IMG/VR virus record: IMGVR_UViG_3300046167_000888
Length of the DNA: 64,000 bases
Reading direction: 5' to 3' (one strand)
Source: a virus
The notes under the pieces were generated by a model, which did no database searches, had not been told where the DNA came from, and saw nothing but the letters and a program-made list of their open reading frames with translations. Below are positions 1-9,281 of the stretch, one piece after another (the first letter of the stretch is position 1; each line of letters starts with the position of its first letter). A program made the translations under genes and the position numbers.

Positions 1-193
1 AAACCCTTGACATCGCAAGCCAACCCTCTTCGACTCGACTAATATATACTTGTGAACAATTGAAGATAATGCAATGCCCACACGTGAAGATAATTTAAAC
101 GTTGAGGATATGTCAATTTACTTGGGTGATACATGAGGATACTCCAAGGCCCGGGGACTTCACAACGTATCATAACGAAATGTGCGTAATAAT

Positions 194-224
194 TTGGCTA
201 CCGTAATGTAATTTCGTATATTTA
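194..224 (+). promoter_or_regulatory. Host-RNAP (Bacteroidota sigmaA-type) early promoter, TTGG-N17-CGTATATTTA
   Basis: The same motif with the same 17-nt spacer recurs at 5469, 6086, 61034, 58303 and 9270; it resembles the Bacteroidota -33 TTTG / -7 TAnnTTTG consensus. Confidence 0.65.
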
Positions 225-563
225 AGTGTGTGTTGATATGGAGGTGTATAGGCAATCCAGCGATAAACATAACCGTGTACAAATCTACAACGACGGTAAA
301 ACATATTTACACATGAATTATTAATACGGTAGTAAACAAGGCATGATACCTTATGCCATGATATTTTACACCGTACACCTTATTACATCCATACTACATA
401 CTGGAATATTATTATATACATTATTTATCCCCGCCGGCGTACGTACGCATATATATGTTAATATCCCATGCGCATTGATGTCCATATATGCGTGGATATA
501 TGAGAAAAAGGTTGGGGGGCATTTATGACTCGAACACGGATCTACACATCGGGTTGTATATAC

Positions 564-1280
564 TTATCTACTCAATCTATATTCTTTATTGCATTCAACA
601 TACAATGATTCTTTCTGTCTGATGGAACCGATTTTATATGGGATAGTTTCCTCTAATTGTTTAAATTTACCCACATGAGTATTCAGATAACTCATCTTCT
701 CTACTAACGTAAAACCCTCATCTTTCAGCCACCTACTTAATGATTCAAAGTTCCACATCCATTTATGATCCCAACCGTAAAGCATACTTTGAAATATCTC
801 AGTATTAGATTGTATTTTATCTTTTACATTGTAAATTCTATGGTTGTATATGTCTTCAATGGTTTCATCTTTATATTGTTTAAATAAACCTTTATCGGTT
901 TTGAAGTTATCTAACCATATATCAATATCAGGACATATAATTCGGAAAGTTCCCCCAGGTTTGAGGATTCGAAAACATTCTCTAAAAAAATTTCTCGCAT
1001 CGAAAGGATATAGATGCTCTATCATATGAGAGGTATATATGTATTCAATTGAATTATCATCAAAGGGTAAACCCAATTTAGTAATATCTAAATTGAGCGC
1101 ATCTCCCCCATATATAGGATGTTTAAATACTCTTGAATTGTTTGTTTTTATTGGTATTTCACCATCATCGAATTTCTCTCTCCATATTGTAATGGATAAC
1201 CAATCAGGTATCATTTCATAAGGACCAGCTCCAATATTTAAACTATTATAACCCTTAATATTCGTTTGAATCATCTTCAC
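564..1280 (-). CDS. Class I SAM-dependent methyltransferase (Methyltransf_11-like)
   Basis: LNIGAG motif I, LPFDDNS, SHMIEHL, RILKPGG motifs. Confidence 0.85.
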   Translation of the reverse strand: MKMIQTNIKGYNSLNIGAGPYEMIPDWLSITIWREKFDDGEIPIKTNNSRVFKHPIYGGDALNLDITKLGLPFDDNSIEYIYTSHMIEHLYPFDARNFFRECFRILKPGGTFRIICPDIDIWLDNFKTDKGLFKQYKDETIEDIYNHRIYNVKDKIQSNTEIFQSMLYGWDHKWMWNFESLSRWLKDEGFTLVEKMSYLNTHVGKFKQLEETIPYKIGSIRQKESLYVECNKEYRLSR

Positions 1281-2004
1281 TATCTAATAGATAAAAATAA
1301 TCTAACTCATCTTTACTTAATACTCGATTGTATATAACTATATCATCTAATCTTCCAGCGAATGCATCCCAAGATGGATGATTCATTCTACCAAATGCAG
1401 TATCACTTCCTAATTTAACTTGCTCAGTATCTAATTTAATAGTTTGTAATAATTCTCCATTTGCATAAAATTTAGCTTCTCCATCACCTATAGTATAAGC
1501 AAACCAATCCCATGTATAGAAATTATGATCAAAAGTATATTCTACTTTAGTATCACCAACTATATGTTCAAATAAAAGGTTATCTTCGTTATTTCTAATA
1601 TTAATAACTAATTTACCATTACCTTCGTTTGGTACCCAAAATTCAAATGGTCGAGGAGATATATAACCAGTACCTTCTCTCATTATCCACCATGCTATAG
1701 TCATAGCACCATTTACTTTTTCAGTATCAATGTCTGCTTCTATTCTATGATCCCAATCAAATTCCGAATTTCCAAAATAATATGCACTATCTTCGTTTTC
1801 GAATCTATCATGTGATAACGGAGCATTATATACTGTTCCGTGATTAAAATTTGGACTTTCGTCTTCCGCGTTTCCATTAAATGGATACCACGCAATCATC
1901 CCATCCATGTTCATTGTTCTGAGATTCATATCCGTAGGTGTCTCCCACGTATCTCCACAACTCACTAAAATTAAACTAATAACTAATAAAACTACTTTTT
2001 TCAT
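1255..2004 (-). CDS. Lipoprotein with LamG/concanavalin A-like domain
   Basis: Signal peptide with lipobox LVSC; AWYPFNGNAEDES, DRF, FAGRLDDIVIYNRVLS LamG motifs. Confidence 0.85.
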   Translation of the reverse strand: MKKVVLLVISLILVSCGDTWETPTDMNLRTMNMDGMIAWYPFNGNAEDESPNFNHGTVYNAPLSHDRFENEDSAYYFGNSEFDWDHRIEADIDTEKVNGAMTIAWWIMREGTGYISPRPFEFWVPNEGNGKLVINIRNNEDNLLFEHIVGDTKVEYTFDHNFYTWDWFAYTIGDGEAKFYANGELLQTIKLDTEQVKLGSDTAFGRMNHPSWDAFAGRLDDIVIYNRVLSKDELDYFYLLDSEDDSNEY

Positions 2005-2013
2005 AACTTATTT

Positions 2014-2406
2014 TTAATATTTACTTATAAAGTTCGGGTCTTCACCCAACTTTTGTACTCTGTTGTTTAAAGTCATAAACTCATTTTTACTTTGACTCCA
2101 AACACTTTCAATCCGCTTACCATTGCTGTCAATTGAATTACTTAAATGTTTTATATCTTCTAATATATTCAGAATCTTCTCAGATAAATCCCCATTCGGA
2201 ACATAATCATTTTGAATAACCCTAACAATTTCTTCTATCTCCCCCATTCTCTCTTTATTCTCTGCATCCCTTATAGAAGAGATATTGGAGATATGTTGGT
2301 TCGACTCCAGTAATAATTTATATTTTTTATATACACGTACGGAAGCAATCGTTAATACAATACCTACCGTAGTTAAAACACCACTAATATACACTAATAA
2401 CATCAT
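2014..2406 (-). CDS. Hypothetical protein, N-terminal TM helix plus coiled coil
   Basis: 130-aa ORF with hydrophobic N-terminus, in a minus-strand operon. Confidence 0.7.
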   Translation of the reverse strand: MMLLVYISGVLTTVGIVLTIASVRVYKKYKLLLESNQHISNISSIRDAENKERMGEIEEIVRVIQNDYVPNGDLSEKILNILEDIKHLSNSIDSNGKRIESVWSQSKNEFMTLNNRVQKLGEDPNFISKY

Positions 2407-2756
2407 ATTTCTTTATTTTTAAGTCCGTTGTGAACATCTACCTGTGACACGTCACCAATATAATATCCTTTTTCATAATATCCAAGCCTAGGATAAGAAG
2501 ATGTTTTACCTGGTAGAAATTTCATACTACGTAAATGTCTTTCTCCATCAATTATAACAATAGTAAACCTATCATCTATTTCATATAATTTAGGCTTTAT
2601 TTTTTTACATGACCCACACCAATCTACTGATACAACTACCAATAGCCTTTCCGCGCTCATATAATCTGCTAATTTGTCTTCTTTCAATTCTATAACCATA
2701 TCCCTAATATATGAAAAAATACTTGGTCCCGCAAGCAATTCTTCGTATATTCTCAC
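2403..2756 (-). CDS. Thioredoxin-like protein
   Basis: WCGSC CxxC motif and a cis-Pro-like SYP. Confidence 0.75.
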   Translation of the reverse strand: MRIYEELLAGPSIFSYIRDMVIELKEDKLADYMSAERLLVVVSVDWCGSCKKIKPKLYEIDDRFTIVIIDGERHLRSMKFLPGKTSSYPRLGYYEKGYYIGDVSQVDVHNGLKNKEI

Positions 2757-2777
2757 ATACTTTACATATATATAATA

Positions 2778-2787
2778 TATACGTATA
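2778..2787. promoter_or_regulatory. Palindromic TATACGTATA, candidate bidirectional late promoter
   Basis: Matches the ATA[TC][TG]TATA motif on both strands, between divergent genes. Confidence 0.4.
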
Positions 2788-2792
2788 GATAG

Positions 2793-3405
2793 ATGAATAA
2801 ATGCGTTAAAAGAGAAGAGTTTGGCCTTACGTAAAAATACATTAAGATATAATCCTCCTATAAATTGGTATGGAAATAATGGATATAATAATCTATGGTT
2901 TGGATTAGTATTTTCGGTTGACTGGATGTCTACTGAAATATTTAAAAGAGGAGACCTAAAATTACTTGAAATAGGGTCTTATAAAGGAGAATCTACTTCT
3001 GTGTTTGCTTCTTCTGGTATATTTGAAAAGATATATTGTATGGATCCTTTTGATGGATATGAAGAGGCACTTGAAATGTTAGATGATGATTGGAAAACCG
3101 TTAAAACCCAGTTTTATACTAATACTAGACATTGGAATAACATTAGTCTAATACAAGATTATTCCTTTAATCAAGTAAACAATTTTCCCGATAAATACTT
3201 TGATGTTATATACATGGATGCTGATCATAGTTATGATGCTTTAAAAAGAGATATTGAACTATACTTACCTAAATGTAATAAAATTATTGGAGGTCATGAT
3301 TACGGAGATGATCACCCTGATGTTATGAAAGTAGTAAAAGATGTATTTGATGGGCCTGATATTGTATTTTGTGATGGAAGTTGGTTTAAGGTATTATCCT
3401 CTTAA
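2793..3405 (+). CDS. Class I SAM-dependent methyltransferase (Methyltransf_24-like); true start probably ATG 2793 with a +1 error near 2825
   Basis: LEIGSYKGES, YMDADHSY and GGHDY motifs; removing one C joins MNKCVKREEFG to LRKNTLRY. Confidence 0.8.
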
Positions 3406-3414
3406 TATTTATAA
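3405..3414 (+). promoter_or_regulatory. Putative phage late promoter ATATTTATAA (representative copy)
   Basis: Same or near-identical motif mostly 5-45 nt upstream of ATGs at 5057, 8467, 11403, 14614, 24908, 29389, 32251, 35189, 37274, 60059 and 61058. Confidence 0.7.
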
Positions 3415-3429
3415 TAAAAACATAATTAC

Positions 3430-4152
3430 ATGAAATTATTATTTTTAACTGCACCTTATAGTGGTACTGAATATATGGCTGAGTTACTAGCAAAAGCTAG
3501 TGGACATGATTTTATAGCTGATCCAATGAACTTAGAATGGAATGGAGCTTCAACCTTTCATACTACAATGAATTTAGAAACTAGGGAAATATATAGTGAG
3601 CAAGCAACTACTCCTAGACCTTACGTATTCCCTAACGATATACCAGCTAATACTATTGTTACTCATAATGTTAAATGGCATAAACTACCTGGTAATCTTA
3701 CTGAAGACCAATTTTTAGGTGATTTTATAGGCAAATTTGATAGAGTAATTGTAGTTAGAAATAGAAGAAAAGAATTAAATTGGCAACGTTGGGCTGCTTC
3801 TACTGCTCAACCTCATGAAGATAATATTCTTTGGAAGCAGTGGTTAGCTAAAAACTGTAATGGTTTTATTTATGAAGATCAATGGTTTGATCAAACTAAA
3901 GTAGATAAAATTAATGAATGTGATTCGTTTTTAGAAAGTTATTATAATATGAACGATTCATTTGTACAATCTTTTGTTGATGATTATTTCCATGATTCAC
4001 CAGAAGGTGAAAAAACTACAATTGAAAAAGTAGATTTTGAAATGAAAAGATTTGGTTTAGATATTGGAGATGTACAATTTACAGAAGAAAATGGATGGGA
4101 AAATTATGATTTATTCCATTTATGTAATAATTGGATACACCATAGATATTAA
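3430..4152 (+). CDS. Sulfotransferase-like / P-loop-like protein
   Basis: N-terminal LFLTAPYSGTEY resembles the PRSGT PAPS-binding loop; IVVRNR resembles the 3'-PB region; degenerate. Confidence 0.45.
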   Translation: MKLLFLTAPYSGTEYMAELLAKASGHDFIADPMNLEWNGASTFHTTMNLETREIYSEQATTPRPYVFPNDIPANTIVTHNVKWHKLPGNLTEDQFLGDFIGKFDRVIVVRNRRKELNWQRWAASTAQPHEDNILWKQWLAKNCNGFIYEDQWFDQTKVDKINECDSFLESYYNMNDSFVQSFVDDYFHDSPEGEKTTIEKVDFEMKRFGLDIGDVQFTEENGWENYDLFHLCNNWIHHRY

Positions 4153-4166
4153 AATAAACAATTGTT

Positions 4167-5066
4167 TTGCATCATACTGAAAAGAAAAAGTTATATAAAC
4201 ATTTAGGGCCTAAACCAACTTTATATTTAGGAGCAGATTCTGTTTATGCTATTCATTTGAATCGACATAAATTAAGATTAGAAAACCTTATTGATTTACA
4301 AGAAGAACATGGTTTAAAACTTAACATAATTGAAGCCATTGATAATAAGGACATAATTCCGTTATCTAAAGAATTTATCACTCAAAACTTATCTAATACC
4401 TTTTTTTGTGCTGCTGGATTTTGCTCTGTAGGAGTAATTTGTTGTGCCTTATCTCATAGAAAAGCTTATAAAGCATTTTTAGATTCAGGAGATGAAGTTG
4501 GGTTGTTTTTAGAAGATGATGCTATGTTATCACTTAATGTTCACGAATATAATTTTAAAAAAATTAGAAAAGAGTTAGATAGTATAGATTGGGGTGTTTG
4601 TTGGTTAGGTAAATGGGCTCCTACAATGACACATGCTTTAGGAGATAAAGTAACTGATAATTTGTATGAACATAAACATTTTGTAAGACATAACCAGGCT
4701 GCTCATGCTTATCTATTAAATAGAAAAAGCGCACAATGGTATTATAATGCTACTGAAAAAATTAAATTTCCTGCTGATTTAAGATTAGAAATAAGTCCTT
4801 TTAAACAGGTATCAATAGAAAAATCTATATTTATTCAAAAACATAGAGAATCCGTTATAGGAAATAAAACTATACATGAAGATGAATGGTGGCATTCTAC
4901 AATGGATGATGTCCCTATTAGTGGTAAATTAGGAAATGGAATTAGAAAATATGAATTAGGTACAGTATCTAAACATTTGCCTGTTATAAAACAATATCGT
5001 AAAGCTTTAATTTGTAAAGATAGAGAATTAAATGGATTAGAGTTTGAGTTTGATTTATATGTATAA
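4167..5066 (+). CDS. Glycosyltransferase family 25
   Basis: YAIHLNRHKLR, EAID, CCALSHRKAY, LFLEDDA, AHAYLL motifs. Confidence 0.85.
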   Translation: MHHTEKKKLYKHLGPKPTLYLGADSVYAIHLNRHKLRLENLIDLQEEHGLKLNIIEAIDNKDIIPLSKEFITQNLSNTFFCAAGFCSVGVICCALSHRKAYKAFLDSGDEVGLFLEDDAMLSLNVHEYNFKKIRKELDSIDWGVCWLGKWAPTMTHALGDKVTDNLYEHKHFVRHNQAAHAYLLNRKSAQWYYNATEKIKFPADLRLEISPFKQVSIEKSIFIQKHRESVIGNKTIHEDEWWHSTMDDVPISGKLGNGIRKYELGTVSKHLPVIKQYRKALICKDRELNGLEFEFDLYV

Positions 5067-5077
5067 TAAAATATAAT

Positions 5078-5440
5078 ATGGCAACTTATACAGCAGAACA
5101 ATTATCAGGAGCAGGAACACCAATTGAAGCATTAACTGCAGGTGTTTCTTATGTATTTGCCTTATCAGCACCCGCTAACAACTCAGCTAGCGCAGCTTAC
5201 TTTACAGTAGAACAAGCAGGTTTAACTTTTGATAGTAGTGCGCCTACAAATGCAGTTGGGACATATTCTTCATTTAGTGGAGCTGAAAGTTTAATAACAT
5301 CATCATACAAATCATCTGTTGTAGTTGATGCTAGAAATACTTCCCCAGGAACTTACCAATTTACCCCAGCTGAAAACATAGCTGCAAGTTCTTCATTCTT
5401 AAGAGCCACCGGTAACTTAAGCCTATCAATAACAGTTTAA
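5078..5440 (+). CDS. Small Ser/Thr/Ala-rich beta protein, possible virion decoration protein
   Basis: Late-promoter motif at 5057; composition resembles the structural proteins. Confidence 0.6.
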   Translation: MATYTAEQLSGAGTPIEALTAGVSYVFALSAPANNSASAAYFTVEQAGLTFDSSAPTNAVGTYSSFSGAESLITSSYKSSVVVDARNTSPGTYQFTPAENIAASSSFLRATGNLSLSITV

Positions 5441-5468
5441 AAGCTTTTGAAAGTAATGCGCAGGAGGC

Positions 5469-5499
5469 TTGGATACCCGAGATAGGAGTCGTATATTTA
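5469..5499 (+). promoter_or_regulatory. Early promoter TTGG-N17-CGTATATTTA
   Basis: Part of a ~50-nt imperfect direct repeat shared with 6065-6116. Confidence 0.7.
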
Positions 5500-5547
5500 C
5501 CATGTTGTAATAATGAAGTTGCAACACTAATTAATTAAATAAAGGTT

Positions 5548-5691
5548 ATGACACAAGCAATTATGTTCCCGCACGCACAATTAGAAGAAGTAGTATATCA
5601 ATTACAAAGCAAAGGCGCTATCGTCGACCCTTGTGTAGTAGATGATTTAATCACGTGTATCAAAGCACATAAACAAGTTGAATTTAAATAA
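5548..5691 (+). CDS. Hypothetical 47-aa protein (not in ORF track)
   Basis: ATG 5548 to TAA 5691, downstream of a promoter, with the same AAAGGTT leader as the next gene. Confidence 0.6.
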   Translation: MTQAIMFPHAQLEEVVYQLQSKGAIVDPCVVDDLITCIKAHKQVEFK

Positions 5692-5705
5692 ATAAAGGTT
5701 ATATT

Positions 5706-6053
5706 ATGACAAAGCAAGAAGTTATTAAATTCAGATCAGAGTTCGAAAAAGCAGTTCAATCATTAGAAGATCAATTCGGTGTAAGTATCAGTTTAGGTAC
5801 AATTAGATTTGATTCTCAAGGTTTAAGAGGTAAAATGATGGCTGTTAAAGGTCCTAAAGCTGTAAAAGCTAGTAAGGATGATTTCCAAGTAGGAGATACA
5901 GTTACAATCAACCACAAGAAAATGGATCCAAGCCAAGAATTTGAAATTATTAAAATTAATAATAAAAACATTAAAGTTAGAGCTATTAATGTTGATAATG
6001 GTAGAATTGGTGGTGAATATACAGTTTCTCCAGGATTGTTAGTTAAAAAATAA
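5706..6053 (+). CDS. Hypothetical protein with C-terminal SH3/KOW-like barrel
   Basis: FQVGDTVTI...FEIIKINNKNIKV pattern. Confidence 0.7.
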   Translation: MTKQEVIKFRSEFEKAVQSLEDQFGVSISLGTIRFDSQGLRGKMMAVKGPKAVKASKDDFQVGDTVTINHKKMDPSQEFEIIKINNKNIKVRAINVDNGRIGGEYTVSPGLLVKK

Positions 6054-6085
6054 TTAAAAGTAATTGAAAGTAATGCACGGGAAGC

Positions 6086-6116
6086 TTGGCTTCCCAAGCA
6101 GCCTTTCGTATATTTA
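6086..6116 (+). promoter_or_regulatory. Early promoter TTGG-N17-CGTATATTTA embedded in an inverted repeat
   Basis: GGGAAGC-TTG-GCTTCCC inverted repeat centred on the -33 element. Confidence 0.7.
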
Positions 6117-6144
6117 GGGTATAATAATAAAATAAATAAAAGTT

Positions 6145-6954
6145 ATGTTAGATTTACAAAAAGTAGAGTTTATGAGCAAAGCAGAAATGAATAAATTTGC
6201 TCCAAGTATTTTCACAATGAAACCTTCAAATGAGGTTACTGAAAAGTACACACACATTCCAACAGAAAAAGTAATTGATGATATGGAATTACTAGGATGG
6301 GGTGTAGTTGATGTTAAGCAAGTTAAAGCTAGAACTCAAAAAACACAAGGTTTCCAAAAGCATTTAGTTGTATTTAGAAATAATGATGTTGTTATTAATG
6401 GTGAAGATGGAGATACAGTTTTTCCACAAATCGTAATGACTAATTCTCATGATGGAAAGAATTGTTTCCAATTTACAGCTGGGTTGTTTAGAATGGTTTG
6501 TGAGAATGGATTAGTAATTTCAGATACTCAATTTGATGATATTAAAATGCGTCATATGGGTTATACGTTTGAAGATTTACAGGTATTAATTAAGGATATC
6601 GTTGAGAAATTACCTTTAACAGTTGAATCAATGAATAAAATGAAAGCTGTTGAATTAGAAGAAGAGCAAATGTTTAATCTTGCTAAATCATTTCTAGATA
6701 TTAGAGTAGAAGGTACTAAAAATACTTACGATAATCAAGCAATTGAGGATGTTTTAAATGTTCAACGTAAAGCAGATGAAGGAAATATGCTTTGGGAAGT
6801 ATTTAATAGAATCCAGGAGAATATTATTGAAGGTAATTTTGAATATAAAACACCATCAGGAAAATTACGTCAAGCTAGAATTATTAAGAATTTTAAGCAA
6901 GATCAAGACGTGAATAAGAAAATGTTTAGTAAAGCTTTAGAATTAGTAGCATAA
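6145..6954 (+). CDS. DUF932 family protein
   Basis: APSIF, YTHIPT, NSHDG, GLFRMVCENG and LWEVFNRIQENII motifs. Confidence 0.85.
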   Translation: MLDLQKVEFMSKAEMNKFAPSIFTMKPSNEVTEKYTHIPTEKVIDDMELLGWGVVDVKQVKARTQKTQGFQKHLVVFRNNDVVINGEDGDTVFPQIVMTNSHDGKNCFQFTAGLFRMVCENGLVISDTQFDDIKMRHMGYTFEDLQVLIKDIVEKLPLTVESMNKMKAVELEEEQMFNLAKSFLDIRVEGTKNTYDNQAIEDVLNVQRKADEGNMLWEVFNRIQENIIEGNFEYKTPSGKLRQARIIKNFKQDQDVNKKMFSKALELVA

Positions 6955-7595
6955 TGAAAAAGATATTATTATTATTAGGTTTTGTTTCCCTCCTTGCTAG
7001 TTGTAGTAAGGAGGACATCTCCTTAGGTGTTTGTGATGGTCCTTGTGATGCTAAATTTTTTATAGATGAACTAGTACAACCAGATGCCTATTTAGATGAG
7101 AATGGATTTTGGCATATTGAATTTTATGGCCCTAAATATTTTACAATAAGAGGTGAGTTAAGTGAATTAGAAACAGCTATTGTAAATGGTGTGCCACTAA
7201 TTGAAACAATGTATGACTCAGATTATTGGGTTGCCTTTGATTCAATTAATTTTATAGTGCCTACATGGTCTGTATTAAGTTGGTTTACAGGTGGAGGATA
7301 TAATAATCCTGTTCCAGTAGGTAATTTAGAATATACACTTACTGATTTAGCTCAAATACAACCTCCACTAAATATAGCTGGATATCAAATACAAAAGAAT
7401 TTTTGTTGGGAATGTCCATATGCTGAAACATTATTAGGTAGTAAATCAAAATATACGTATAACCCTCGTCAACAATTTTATTTAGATAATGAGATGGTAG
7501 GTGATACTTTACAAGTATTTATGAAAACTACATTTAATACTGATGTAGGTGGTAGAGAAATAGTTGAAGATTCATTTAAAATAATTGTAGACTAA
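6954..7595 (+). CDS. Hypothetical lipoprotein
   Basis: MKK + hydrophobic core + LLASC lipobox followed by SKED. Confidence 0.75.
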   Translation: MKKILLLLGFVSLLASCSKEDISLGVCDGPCDAKFFIDELVQPDAYLDENGFWHIEFYGPKYFTIRGELSELETAIVNGVPLIETMYDSDYWVAFDSINFIVPTWSVLSWFTGGGYNNPVPVGNLEYTLTDLAQIQPPLNIAGYQIQKNFCWECPYAETLLGSKSKYTYNPRQQFYLDNEMVGDTLQVFMKTTFNTDVGGREIVEDSFKIIVD

Positions 7596-8065
7596 TGGAA
7601 AGAATAACAGTAGACGAAGCAAAAGAGTTAATACCATTAAAAGAAAATTATGGTAATACGGAAGTTGATTATGCTGAATATTTTACATTGACACCCTCAG
7701 ATATGGGGGATGGTTGGGAAAGTGTAACATACTATACAGCTAAAAAGAAAGGAATTTACAATAAGAAAGGTGAAGGTGATCAATGGGTTTATGTTTTAGA
7801 AAATGAAACACTACCAGGACTCCTAAAAATAGGATATACAAAATTGACACCAGATGAACGAGCTAAACAGATTTCTAATGCAACTGGTGTGCCACTTCCA
7901 TATAAAGTAGCATGGGCTTTCCGTTGTTTTAACGGCGAACTATTAGAAGGTGAGGTACATCATGCATTAAGAAAATACCGCGTTAATAACCAAAGAGAAT
8001 TTTTTCAAGTTGGTTTAGACGAAGCAAAACAAACAATAGAATCAATAGGTAAAAATTTTAAATAA
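7595..8065 (+). CDS. T5orf172/MUG113-like GIY-YIG superfamily protein
   Basis: WVYVL, LLKIGYT, ERAKQ, TGVP and REFF motifs. Confidence 0.85.
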   Translation: MERITVDEAKELIPLKENYGNTEVDYAEYFTLTPSDMGDGWESVTYYTAKKKGIYNKKGEGDQWVYVLENETLPGLLKIGYTKLTPDERAKQISNATGVPLPYKVAWAFRCFNGELLEGEVHHALRKYRVNNQREFFQVGLDEAKQTIESIGKNFK

Positions 8066-8071
8066 TAAATT

Positions 8072-8269
8072 ATGTCGGAACAAGAAAAAATAGACAATCA
8101 AAAATCGGAATTAATTGATGATTTACTAGCTACGGCTACAGTAAAAGAAGAATTATGGAGATATCATCCAGATAATCCAGATAAAAAAGATGTTGTAAAA
8201 GAATATGATATCTTATGTCAAATAGAGAGAGATCTCGAACTTGAACTTGAAGAACTTAAATCTAAATAA
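8072..8269 (+). CDS. Hypothetical protein
   Basis: 65-aa ORF, translationally coupled to the bS21 gene. Confidence 0.7.
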   Translation: MSEQEKIDNQKSELIDDLLATATVKEELWRYHPDNPDKKDVVKEYDILCQIERDLELELEELKSK

Positions 8270-8463
8270 TGTTAAAAATCAAAATAAAAAAAGGTGAAAA
8301 CATTAATTCGGCTTTAAAAAGGTTAAAACGCAAATTTAAAGATGTAGGTGTATTAAAAGAATTAAGAAAAAGAAAACAATTCGATAAACCTTCTGCAGTT
8401 AAGCGTAAAGCTAAATTAAAGGCAATTAAAACTAAAGAGTACCTGGATAAATTAGAGAATTAG
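8269..8463 (+). CDS. rpsU: Phage-encoded 30S ribosomal protein bS21
   Basis: 64 aa, basic; GENINSALKRLKRK...GVLKELRKRKQFDKPSAVKR bS21 signature. Confidence 0.92.
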   Translation: MLKIKIKKGENINSALKRLKRKFKDVGVLKELRKRKQFDKPSAVKRKAKLKAIKTKEYLDKLEN

Positions 8464-8490
8464 TAAATATTTATAATCAAACCCACGATT

Positions 8491-8835
8491 ATGTATGTTT
8501 ATAACGCAAAGTGTACTCGAGTAGTAGATGGTGATACCATTGATGCTCAAATTGATTTAGGATTTGACGTTCATAAGAAAATAAGAATTCGAATGGTTGG
8601 TATAAATACACCAGAATCACGTACTAGAGATTTAGAAGAAAAAAAACGAGGACTTGCTGCCAAATATAGAGTTCAAGAACTCTTGGAGAGCCAAGAAAAT
8701 AAATTTATATTACACTCACAAGGTGTTGGTAAATATGGTAGATGTCTAGGAGTTATATTTTTAGGTGAATCAAAATTGCAAGATATCTTATTAGAAGAAG
8801 GACACGCAGTTGAATATTTTGGAGGAAAAAGATGA
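8491..8835 (+). CDS. Thermonuclease (SNase-like)
   Basis: VVDGDT, RIRMVGINTPE and GKYGRCL motifs. Confidence 0.9.
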   Translation: MYVYNAKCTRVVDGDTIDAQIDLGFDVHKKIRIRMVGINTPESRTRDLEEKKRGLAAKYRVQELLESQENKFILHSQGVGKYGRCLGVIFLGESKLQDILLEEGHAVEYFGGKR

Positions 8836-9281
8836 TAGATAAAGATAGATTATTTCATTTATTTGGGGATAGTGAAAATGAAAACCCAGAGGTAAAAAAA
8901 TTAGCAACGGCTGATAAAGACTTTATGCAAAGTCCTGAGGCTAAGTTAGGTATGTTTACTAAAATGATCTATAACCATGAGGTATTTCATAAAAAACTAA
9001 AAAAATTCTTTCAAAAAGAAAATACTAGTTATAACGCTCAGGAAACAAAAGAAGCATCTTCGTTTGCTGTATTCAATAGGGCTTATTCCTACATTAGAAA
9101 ATTAGATGTAAATAACGCTCAACATCAAGATGCACTATGGGAATTTAATTCTAAACCATTATTCAGTGCTTTAAACCAAGCAATTTATTATTTTGAAGCA
9201 AAAGAAGAATACGAAAAATGTGCAAAATTAATGGAAATAAAAGAAATGAAAAAAGCTCTTGAAAAAGACGTGCCTTGGTAA
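8832..9281 (+). CDS. Hypothetical protein with C-terminal UVR-like motif
   Basis: AIYYFEAKEEYEKCAKL. Confidence 0.7.
   Translation: MIDKDRLFHLFGDSENENPEVKKLATADKDFMQSPEAKLGMFTKMIYNHEVFHKKLKKFFQKENTSYNAQETKEASSFAVFNRAYSYIRKLDVNNAQHQDALWEFNSKPLFSALNQAIYYFEAKEEYEKCAKLMEIKEMKKALEKDVPW

Noticed and set aside
343-528. 61-aa ORF
   Set aside because: Atypical codon usage and palindromic low-complexity DNA; not supported as a gene.
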